Positions 1-11,076 of a stretch of DNA of 64,000 bases are shown here, piece by piece. Location: NCBI GenBank assembly GCA_002269645.1, contig NIVC01002145.1:136845-200844 (forward strand), read 5' to 3'. The stretch's first letter is position 1; each line of letters opens with the position of its first letter. Below the pieces are notes generated by a model that saw nothing but the letters and a program-made list of their open reading frames with translations, was not told where the DNA came from and did no database searches. Origin of the DNA: Macrostomum lignano (Eukaryota). The translations under genes were made by a program, and so were the position numbers.

Positions 1-1648
1 TCGTGGAGTCGCGGCACACGGGCACACTGAAATCATGGTCCCCGCCCTCCCCAATCGAACTGTCGCGAATTCCAACATAACGACGAGACGTTTTTCAGTG
101 GCTGATCTCAGTGGAGTGCAGGCTTTAGAAGTAAAATGCAACAAACTCATTACAGGATGAAAATCAGCATGCATGCAAGCTTTAAAATTGGTTCTTGCAT
201 GTTAAGTCAAAGACTCTATGAAGAGGCTTTACTTTGTCGAGAACAAGATGTTTCGGCGAAGATTTTTCGGCAGAGCAGAAGAATGTTTTGGCGACAGCAC
301 TGGCTGGTAAGTTTGTGTGCCTATTACATGAGCGAATCTTATATGCTTGCTTGTCCAAGATGGCGGCTGGCATGCGTGGGCTAGAGTTTGGGATCTAGCA
401 GGTCGGGATTTGCATTTGTGTGTAATTTTTTGTTACATATTACATTTATTATTTAATGTTGCCATTGTATAGAATGTTGCCAAGTTGCCAACATGAGTTT
501 GTAGGTTGCATAAGCATTAATCAGATGTGGTGTTTTTTGCTGACTGCAAAGCAAACACATATCACCACTATTTAGGATGGCAACATTTTATGATAAATGT
601 TTTATTAAATTACACAAAATTTTTGAAATCCTAACCTATTAGATCCTAGCATATAAATCATATATAATCTCTAGACCATGTATGACTAAAAGCTATTTTA
701 GACAATATAAGCATAATATTTACTCATGCAATAGCACATGAACTTATCAGCCAATGGTATTGTATTGCCCAAACCTTTTCACTAAAATATATTGCTATCA
801 CCAAAACCTCTTTTCCTAAAGTCACCTTTGCCAAAACCTTTAGATTTTTCTTTGTTATATAGAAATATAAATGGTGAACTACAAATAATTGTTTTTTGAT
901 AGCTATAATTGTATAGATTTAATAGAAGCTGGCCAATTGATTATGAAAAGCTGAATATATATTTATTAAAAGCAAAAATTCAATGGTATTTTAGAAGTAT
1001 TAATTATATTAGGATAATGGCATTTATATTTAGTTATACCTAGAATATAATATTTAGAATCAGACTAAATTATCTTGTATAACAATCAAAACTTCATAGT
1101 TTTTTATTATAATAATATAGCATAATATAATATAGTCATAAGTACATTTAATTGATAAGTATTATTAATGCAATTAAACAATTTGGCAATGCAAGATTGA
1201 TAGGCAATTGCTAGTTTGATACAATATATTTTTGGGGTTTAAACATTAAAGTATTATAAATTATTAAATTCTAAAAATGATGCAGTTTTGCATTAGAAGA
1301 ATATTTATGCAATATGCATATTTTATTATATTTTAGCTATTATTCTAATTAATGAGTTTATTTAATCTGTGTATTTCTATTTTTTACATTATTTCAAGTC
1401 TGCTTTTTATAGTTTTTAGGCTTTCTGTGTATTCGTAATCATTAACTTTGTATCTTATAAATATTAATACTGAAATATTTGTGTGTGTTAGAGATGTCTA
1501 TATTGCATTCGCTTTTAATGCTCCAGAAATTATTCAGTGGGTAAACGGCAAGAGTAACTATGACTCTATCCGAAGGCTATAATGCTTCGCCATCTAATCA
1601 GTAAGGATTAAACATACTATAACTGCCCATATAAATTCCAGGCAGTGC

Positions 1649-4600
1649 ATGACTGGTAAGCAGCACCTCAGGGGTGGCCGTCTGGCCTCGCCCCCGGCGC
1701 TGCCGGCCCAGCCTAACCGGCCGTCCACTAAAACTCCGCCGCCGCCTCGGGCCGCCTCCTGTCCATTGCACAGTAAAGCCTCTGACGCGTTTATAGATTT
1801 TAAATGCATTGAACCAGATGGCAGCGGCGACTCGGCGATGGCGGCTGCCGTAGCCGCCGCGGCCGCCGCTGTAGCCGTTGACAAGGCGAAGCGAAACTAT
1901 AGCCCGGTGAATCATATTCCGCCAGGTGGCGCCAGCGGCAGCATCGGAGGCGGCGCCAACGGCAGCGGCGGCAACGTTGGCAATGCTGGGCACCACAGCC
2001 TGCTGGCTCCGATAACCGTACGCGCGGCGCATCACCTCATGCAGGCCGCCCAGCAGGCTAAACGTCGTCGTAACAAGCATTCAGGCGCCGGGTTGGTTTC
2101 CTCGGCTGCGCCGTCTGCAACTGGATCGGCGTCCGGCGTTGCTAATAGCGACCGGCCTACTCCGGGCGCGAAGCAGCGCAGCCAGTCGCAGGGCCGGGCC
2201 AGGGACAATATCTACCAGCCTACTGGAGTCAATCGGACCAGCCCGTCTTCGCCAGTACCGTTTGAACGGTCTCAGTCAGATGAGCCGCCGCAATTGCAAT
2301 TGGCAGGTAATGAGCAATCGCCAGATGTTGGGCCAGTTTCTGCAACAACGGCAACAGCAGCAGAAGCAACGGCATTGGCTGCGGCGGCGCCTTGTCTCGG
2401 GGCTGCCGCCGCTTCGCCGCCCAGTTCCGGCTCGAAGTCTGGCGTTAAAGGCATGTTTCATCGGCTGTTCCATCGGGGCGGTAAGCCGCCAACTGGTCAG
2501 GTTACCTTGGCAACTGTTGCTAAGGAGACTGAATGCAGTAATGGATCGCCCAGTCGGGATAATCAGCAGCCGCCGCCGCCACCGCAGCAGCAGCGGCAGC
2601 CTCCTCCGTTGACTCCTCGACGCAGGCCCGGCTGTCGAGATCTGTCGCTGGACGCTGGCTCCAGGCGCGTCGCTCAACGGCAGCCCGTTCGTCAAGCATC
2701 GTCAACCGCTGCTGCAACAGATTCGCCATCTATCGTCGCCGCCGCCACCGCCGCCGCCACCGCCGCCGCTACGGCAGCGTCGTCGTCCAATTCAATGTCG
2801 TCATCGTCGGCTTTCCGCTCCAGGGGTGTCAGCCCGGTGCACCTTCGCGCTGTCAGCAACGACGGCAGGGTGCATCCGCCGCCGCAGGCTCCGGTTCCGC
2901 AGCCGCCGCAGGCTATCGCGACCGAAGCAGCCGCTGTCGTCCCAGAAGCAGCTACAGCCGCCGCCGCCGAGGCTGTTCCTCCGACTTTGCCGCCGAGAAC
3001 GGCAAAAAATGCTCAGAGCAAATTGGCCGTTAATTTCTTGGAAAATCTCAGCCAGTTGAAGCGGGTAGGGAGTCTTTGATTAGCATTATGAAATTTTTAT
3101 GCCAAGTGAATTCTACTCAATACTGAATTCTAGCGTTTCGGTAGCGAAAAATCTTTAATGCGTCCGAAAATTGGCCAGAGGGACTTGTCGTGCCTATAAG
3201 GACCATGACCTCCAAGGCTCAGTGTGTGTATTCCGCATGGTCCTTGTTATATTAATGTTTCTACACTGTGAAATTTCGGCGTTATGAAAGGGCCTGTCAA
3301 CTTAAGCTCATAAAGTGGAGCCCGAATCGTTTTTTTTGTCAAACCCAGCTTCCTGGTGTCGCTGTGAGCAGAGAATGACGTATCGTTTGTGCGCATAGGT
3401 TACTCGGGGCCCCACTTTATGAGCTTAATTGACAGGCTCTTTCGGTCTTGTGAAAGCGGCTCTTATCGGGTGCATCTGTCTATATAGGCCAGGAATCAGT
3501 CACTTTTTTCCTCAATGGCCAGATAAAGAATCTGCTGAGAGAGGAACTTAGAGGAGAGGGGAAGAGAGAAAAAGAGGAAAAAAAGAGATGAGAGATAGAG
3601 GAGAGAAGAGTAAAGAGGAGAGAAAAAATGAGAGTAAAGAGGAGAGAAGAGATGAGAGATATGAGAGAGAAGAGAGTAAAGAGGAGAGAAGAGATGAGAG
3701 ATAGAGGAGAGAAGAGAGTAAAGAGGAGAGAAGAGATGAGAGATAAGAGAGAGAGAAGAGAGTAAAGAGGAGAGAAGAGATGAGAGATAGGAGAGAGAGA
3801 AGAGAGTAAAGAGGAGAGAAGAGATGAGAGATAGGAGAGAGAGAAGAGAGTAAAGAGGAGAGAAGAGATGAGAGATAGGAGAGAGAAGAGAGTAAAGAGG
3901 AGAGAAGAGATGAGAGATAGGAGAGAGAAGAGAGTAAAGAGGAGAGAAGAGATGAGAGATAGAAGAGAGAAGAGAGTAAAGAGGAGAGAAGAGATGAGAG
4001 CACACAAACCTTGAGGCGTGGTCCGGATTGCCATTGTGAAGTTTGAAAGGACCCGAAGGCCGGACAGAGAGGCTTAGCATGAGGCACTTTAATTAAATCG
4101 CTCGTTCATTATTATACCGGCGAACTTTCGGGCAAAAAATGATGATTTTTTGAGAATGTTGCAACGCTATTATATATCCTTCTTTACAGAAGCCGTGGTA
4201 CTTCGGCCCGCTGAGCAGTTCCGACGCTGAGGAGATGCTAAATAATCGGCCAGACGGTACATTTCTGGTGCGAGACTCAGCTCACGATGCTTATATTGTT
4301 AGCTTGAGCTTCCGGGCGCGCGGGCAGACCTATCACACCAGGATTGAGCATAATAAAGGTGAGTAGTCTGTCTGTCTGATGTTGCAGGGTGTTTATAGGG
4401 GAATCTGGGAGGCGAAAAAATCTGCTGTCTGGGAATTTTTTCCCAAATTTTCCAAAAGTGCTGAGGCGCTATCTGATGGCGTTCTCAGAGTTCTGTATAG
4501 GTCGCTGTCAGGATTCTGTATAGGTCGCTGTCATGGTTCAGCAGAGGGTGCTGTCATGGTTCTGCAGAGTGTGCTGTCATGGTTCTGCAGAGTGTGCTGT

Positions 4601-7600
4601 CATGGTTCTGCAGAGTGTGCTGTCATGGTTCAGCAGAGTGTGCTGTCATGGTTCAGCAGAGGGTGCTGTCATGGTTTAGCAGATGGTGCTGTCATGGTTT
4701 TGCAGAGGGTGCTGTCATGGTTCTGCAGAGTGTGCTGTCATGGTTCAGCAGAGTGTGCTGTCATGGTTCTGCAGAGGGTGCTGTCATGGTTCTGCAGAGG
4801 GTGCTGTCATGGTTCAGCAGAGGGTGCTGTCATGGTTCAGCAGAGGGTGCTGTCATGGTTCAGCAGAGGGTGCTGTCATGGTTCAGCAGAGGGTGCTGTC
4901 ATGGTTCTGCAGAGGGTGCTGTCATGGTTCTGGAGAGGTCGCTGAGAGGCGAAGTGAGAAGCGCTGTCACAGTGATCTGTGAGACATAAATCATCAAAGG
5001 ACTGTTTATAACGAAAATTGGTGCTCGTATATTATTAATCGAGGGGGATTTCCATTTGGCAAGGAAATCAAGTTCCTCATGTCTCCTGTCAGAGGCGCTT
5101 GGCCTCAGTCAACTATACAACGCATTCTGTGCACTAAATTCTGGCTGTAAATTTTACTGTATTATATTTACATACTCGTTATGCTGTGCGCGCCTGCCCT
5201 CTGTTGCTTTATGGCCAGCCAGCCCCAGTCTGGCTAACAGTAAAAAATCCTAACCTTTTTTAGATAGGCAGGGGAGTTACTGGAAGAGGGGTTGTAGAAT
5301 TATTGGCGACGAACATCCTGGCCTTTCTGGCTAGAAAAACGGGCATTTCCGTCCTATTGGGACAATAGTTCAAATGTCAGTACTGATAAGATGGCGAATT
5401 TGCTCACTGAATTGGGTGATTGATTGATGCCAAGACAACTGAACACAGTGTGTGTGTGTGTGATTTTTTGTCACTTGTCATGGAAGCATAAAAATAGATT
5501 TTCAAAAAAAATGAGCCTCTTAGGAAGTACAAAAGGAACTTTAGAAGGAGCAAGTTTTTTATTAACGCATCTTGTCGCATGCTTTACGAGTGCTACTATT
5601 TTTTCCCAAATGCAGAATGAAGAGGACTGCTATGAGTAGAGGTGGTTTTTTTCCATTCTGATTTGGCAACGTGCCAAGTCCGCCCAGATTTGTGAACGGG
5701 CTAGCATGCACAGGAGTATGGCTTGGGGAAGGCTCCCCAAACTCCTCTAGTCCCTATACTAACCCGGCCGTTTCCCAAAAATCTCTTCCCCAAAGCTCAG
5801 TCCCACGGTCGGACATGGCAAAGGGCATAACAGCTTCGCCTGTCAGCTCTTCTATCCTACTGCTGTACTCTTCTTCCCAGTGTTCCTCACCGCTCTCTTC
5901 CCATTTTGAATTTCCTGGCTTTGCTGACTGACTGCGTTCCTGCGACCTTCCACTGTCCCTACCCGCCCAGAATGGAATGCGCTCTGGATCTGCGGGGAGA
6001 GAGGCTGGGGTGGACTGCCGCTTTCCCCATTCACTCCTTCCCTGCCCGCCTCGCATTTCTCTTACCCCGGTCAGGTTTTTTGTTGGCAACGTGCCAACTA
6101 ATAATTTATTCGCCATTTCTGAATGAAGTGCAGTTTCGCGTCGCGCTTTCTTTCGGGGGGGGGGAGAGCGGGGGAAGTGGAACAGGGCCATCTGAGTTGG
6201 CAGCAGCAACCCGCTATGCACTTTGCACACCCGCTGTTCTGTGGGCGCCAGCCGTTCCGAGTGTTGGTTGGTGGGAGAGTGGCGTTGGGCAAAGTCCCTT
6301 GTTGCAGCTGCTAGAACATTTTTTTCTTTGCGGTTGTCGCTGATTGCGATATTTGGCCTGTTTTTCGTCTTCTGCTTTTTTCCACTACCGGTTTCCAGCG
6401 GTTTTGCGTTCCGCCCTGTTCAACCTTTGCCAATACTATATACGAAAAAAAAATTCTTCGTGATGGCGGTTATTATTTTTTTGACCTTTTTAAAACTAAT
6501 TTTCAAGTGATAGATTGTTTTCTGACCAATTCGAAGCTCTTAACCATTCGTTGGGCAGCTCCCCAAAGCTCCTGGGTTCGATTCTGGGAGATGCCAAGGT
6601 GTCAAGGGACTGTAGATGGCGCTGTCAGGACCCTATAGGGGGCGCTATCAGGGGGACTGTAGATGGCGCTGTCAGCACCCTATAGGGGGCGCTATCAGGG
6701 GGACTGTAGATGGCGCTGTCAGCACCCTATAGGGGGCGCTATCAGGGGGACTGTAGATGGCGCTGTCAGGACCCTATAGGGGGCGCTATCAGGGGGACTG
6801 TAGATGGCGCTGTCAGGACCCTATAGGGGGCGCTATCAGGGGGACTGTAGATGGCGCTGTCAGGACCCTATAGGGGGCGCTATCAGGGGGACTGTAGATG
6901 GCGCTGTCAGGACCCTATAGGGGGCGCTATCAGGGGGACTGTGGATGGCGCTGTCAGGAACCTGTAGATGGCGCTGTCAGGACCCTGTAGATGGCACTGT
7001 CAAGACCCTGTAGATGGCACTGTCAAGACCCTGTAGATGGCACTGTCAGGACCCTGTAAGGAGCGCTGTCAGGACCCTGTAGGGGGCGCTGTCAGGACCC
7101 TGTAGAATGCGCTGTCAGGGGACTGTAGGGGGCGCTGTCAGGGGGACTAGATGACGCTGTCAGGACCCTGTAGAAGGCGCTGTTAGGGGACTGTAGGGGG
7201 CGCTGTCAGGGGACTGTAGGGGGCGCTATCAGGGGACTGTAGGGGGCGCTGTCAGGGGACTGTAGGGGGCGCTGTCAGGGGACTGTAGATGGCGCTATCA
7301 GGGGACTGTAGGGGGCGCTATCAGGGGACTGTAGGGGGCGCTGTCAGGGGACTGTAGGGGGCGCTGTCAGGGGACTGTAAGGGGCGCTGTCAGGGGGCGC
7401 TGTCAGGGGACTGCAGGGGGCGCTGTCAGGGGGCGCTGTCAGGGGACTGCAGGGGGCGCTGTCAGGGGACTGCAGGGGGCGCTGTCAGGGGACTGCAGGG
7501 GGCGCTGTCAGGGGACTGCAGGGGGCGCTGTCAGGGGACTGCAGGGGGCGCTGTCAGGGGACTGCAGGGGGCGCTGTCAGGGGACTGCAGGGGGCGCTGT

Positions 7601-8762
7601 CAGGGGACTGCAGGGGGCGCTGTCAGGGGACTGCAGGGGGCGCTGTCAGGGGACTGCAGGGGGCGCTGTCAGGGGACTGCAGGGGGCGCTGTCAGGGGAC
7701 TGCAGGGGACTGCAGGGGGCGCTGTCAGGGGACTGCAGGGGGCGCTGTCAGGGGACTGCAGGGGGCGCTGTCAGGGGACTGCAGGGGGCGCTGTCAGGGG
7801 ACTGCAGGGGGCGCTGTCAGGGGACTGCAGGGGGCGCTGTCAGGGGACTGTAGGGGGCGCTGTCAGGGGACTGTAGGGGGCGCTGTCAGGGGACTGTAGG
7901 GGGCGCTGTCAGAGGATTCCACACGCGGCCATATTGATTTAGAATCGTGCACGGCAGTTATTAATTATACATTCAGTTTGCTGTTCGTGTGCCTGACGAC
8001 AGGAAAGTAAGCGCCGTTGTATCATGAGATCAGTAGATGAGGCATAACAAATTAGCTGCTTTTGATTCACTCTAAGCATCCCCCTAACTGCTATTCGCAG
8101 GCAAGTTCAGCTTCTGGACCCAGCCGGAGAATCATTCAGCCAGCACTATTGTAGAATTCATTGAGAGCGCCGTGGAATATTCTAAGACTGAAAATTTTCA
8201 TTATTTCGTATCGTCAAGCACGCCAGGCACTCAGCCTATCCGAGTGTCCATGCTGTACCCGCTGTCGCGCTTCTCTGTCATGGCTTCCCTGCAGCACCTG
8301 TGTCGGTTTGAGATCCTGGCCAGGACTAGGCGGGACCACATTGACAGCCTGCCGCTGCCCAAATCTATGCGAGATTATCTGCAGGTTAAACAGTACTTTA
8401 TTGAGGCTAAAGAGGACTTTCTGTTTGACGGGCCTCAACAGCTAGAACACCAGGCGCAGCAGCAGCAGCAGCAGCAACAACAACAACAACAACAACAACA
8501 ACAAGATCTATTAATAGATATAGAACAACCATTAATCCAGCTTGATATAGAACCGCCACTACCGCAGCAACAACAGCAGCAGCTGCAGCCTCCACAGCTT
8601 CATCTTCTTGACCTGCAACAACAACAACAACAACAACAAGCAGAACAGGCGGCAGATGACGAAGAGCGACCTTTAATATTGTTAGAGACTCCGGCCGACT
8701 CAGTTGAGAACCCGCTGCTTGTACAGCTTGCTAATCAGCATGAAGAGCCGGGTAGCAACTAA
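1649..8762 (+). CDS. SOCS7: SOCS6/7-type suppressor of cytokine signalling (long low-complexity N-terminus, SH2, SOCS box, polyQ tail); exons 1649-3064, 4190-4358, 8101-8762; about 748 aa
   Basis: Spliced translation gives LSQLKR|KPWYFGPLSSSDAEEMLNNRPDGTFLVRDSAHDAYIVSLSFRARGQTYHTRIEHNK|GKFSFW (SH2) and YPLSRFSVMASLQHLCRFEILARTRRDHIDSLPLPKSMRDYL (SOCS box). GT-AG sites are phase-compatible. Exon 2 is missing from the ORF track and was read by hand. Confidence 0.88.
3286..3443. repeat. About 42-bp inverted repeat pair (foldback/MITE-like) in SOCS intron 1
   Basis: gaaagggcctgtcaacttaagctcataaagtggagcccga (3286-3325) matches the reverse complement of 3401-3443 with few mismatches; spacer about 75 bp. 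Confidence 0.75.
3545..4000. repeat. Purine-rich (GA) minisatellite, about 42-44 bp unit, SOCS intron 1
   Basis: Repeated gagaagagagtaaagaggagagaagagatgagagatag units. Confidence 0.9.
4493..4935. repeat. 23-bp minisatellite, SOCS intron 2
   Basis: Tandem gctgtcatggttc(t/a)gcagag(g/t)gt. Confidence 0.95.
6605..7915. repeat. G-rich 23-bp (47-bp dimer at 5' end) minisatellite, SOCS intron 2
   Basis: Tandem gcgctgtcaggggactg(c/t)agggg; the 5' part is a ctgtagatggcgctgtcaggaccctatagggggcgctatcagggga dimer. Confidence 0.95.
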
Positions 8763-9660
8763 ATTACCACAGTATTTTTTATATACCAATACAGTACGAC
8801 ACTGTCAAGGCACATGCGGTTGGCCTAAACATACTGGAAAATATATGGCTGCAAATTTCATCGTGTCGGAGTTTGGCACTATTATTTGGTGCAACAAAAA
8901 AGCGATTATTTGCTACTAAAATTAGTCTATATATTTATTATATATTCACTGTTTTTTGGCTCTGTCCCCTATTCTATGCTTCACACCGTGTTTGTCATCA
9001 ACTATTATTATTTAATAAATTTCTTACCCTAAAACTCTACAAAACAGCTTATCACCAATATTTTTGTCCAATTTTCATCCTATAACATCTAAGGCTACAC
9101 TTACTACTGAATAGTGACCACGCTTATGAGTAGGCAGGTGTGCGCATTTGATTTCAACATGTTTCCTTCTAAATGCAGCTGTCTCTGCCTCTTCAGTCTT
9201 GTTCATATTATTTAATATATAAAGAAAGCACCGTCTTAATTGTTTGTAGCTTATTACTACTGAGTTCTGCGTATTCGCGCTAAAATTAATGTTGTTTATT
9301 AAATTCAGCCAGCCGGCATTTCATTATCTATCTCTCTCAATGATGTAATGCACAGAGTTGAATGTGCTGGATAAACATTTAAGAACAAAAATACCCTGCT
9401 ATTTCTACTGTCAGTAGGACGCCGATTACTAATATTAACTATTATTAATACTTCGGGCTATTTAATGCTGTTGTTGCTTTCCTGACATTAACCAATGTGC
9501 TTGTCTGCTTCTCTGTTCTGCCCTGTTCTGTTCTGTGTTCATTGTAATTGATCAGTTTTCTACCTTATTTGTGTAATGAGCAGCTGCGCCAGTGTATGCA
9601 TGTTGTTTATATATTTTGCACATTGCCGCCATCTATTCACCAGCATTGTTTGGCCTATAT

Positions 9661-10630
9661 TCCCAATCTTAAAGTCCCAATCTATGAATCCCAATCTATG
9701 AATCCCCATCTATAAATCCCAATCTATAAATCCCAATCTTAAAGTCCCAATTTATAAATCCCAATCTTAAAGTCCCAATCTATAAATCCCAATCTTAAAG
9801 TCCCAATCTATAAATCCCAATCTATGAATCCCAATCTATAAATCCCAATCTATGAATCCCAATCTATAAATCCCAATCTTAAAGTCCTAATCTATAATCC
9901 CAATCTTGAAGTCCCAATCTATAATCCCTATCTTAAAGTCCCAATCTATAAATCCCAATCTTAAAGTCCCAATCTATAAATCCCAATCTTAAAGTCCCAA
10001 TCTATAAATCCCAATCTTAAAGTCCCAATCTATAATCCCAATCTTAAAGTCCCAATCTATAAATCCCTATCTTAAAGTCCCAATCTATAAATCCCAATCT
10101 TAAAGTCCCAATCTATAAATCCCAATCTATGAATCCCAATCCATGAATCCCCAATTTATAAATCCCTATCTATGAATCCCAATCTATAAATCCCAATCTT
10201 AAAGTCCTAATCTATAATCACAATCTTAAAGTCCCAATCTATAATCACAATCTTAAAGTCCCAATCTATAAATCCCAATCTTAAAGTCCCAATCTATAAA
10301 TCCCAATCTTAAAGTCCCAATCTATAAATCCCAATCTTAAAGTCCCAATCTATAATCCCAATCTTAAAGTCCCAATCTATAAATCCCTATCTTAAAGTCC
10401 CAATCTATAAATCCCTATCTTAAAGTCCCAATCTATAAATCCCAATCTTAAAGTCCCAATCTATAAATCCCAATCTTAAAGTCCCAATCTATAATCCCAA
10501 TCTTAAAGTCCCAATCTATAAATCCCTATCTTAAAGTCCCAATCTATAAATCCCTATCTTAAAGTCCCAATCTATAAATCCCAATCTTAAAGTCCCAATC
10601 TATAAATCCCAATCTTAAAGTCCCAATCTC
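9661..10630. repeat. AT-rich 14/28-bp minisatellite between SOCS and CDK5RAP1
   Basis: Tandem aaatcccaatcttaaagtcccaatctat. Confidence 0.95.
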
Positions 10631-11076
10631 CAAACCTAAATCTGCAAACCCCAGTCTATAAATCTGAGTTTTCCTGTCCCAATTCTCAACCGTCGCATTT
10701 CAGTCCATTAAATCATCAATATTGTATCCCAGCGCCCTAATAGGTCTCGATGCAAGGCAGGATCTGCAGACAAGGGCACATAGCAAGTGTCAAAAAGCCA
10801 AGCCACAATTTCACTTGCCCTGGAAGCGCTGCATGCTGCCCTGGACTGTTTGATCCGTTCGTTGCGCGTGGCCAGTTCCACGCGCAGATCAATTGTCGAA
10901 ACGCCCATGTGACTCTTGTTGTGTCCTGTTTTGCCGACGTATATATTTCTCTGAAAACAATAAATATACTTGGCCATTCAGCTGTGTCATGCTGATTTTT
11001 ATGTCTTAAATGTGTATTTAATTACTAAAATACTCATATACATTTCACTGTTTCTGTGCTAATCATTTAGCATTAA

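Noticed and set aside
5754-6343. Overlapping 145-158-aa ORFs in SOCS intron 2
   Set aside because: No recognisable domain and no convincing splice context.
6570-6595. B-box-like cctgggttcgattc
   Set aside because: No A box or cloverleaf; too short to call.
10708-10977. 89-aa minus-strand ORF head-to-head with CDK5RAP1 (YIY…YVGKT; RWDT)
   Set aside because: Only faint resemblance to GIY-YIG, SAP or hAT motifs, with wrong spacing; unsupported without an HMM search.
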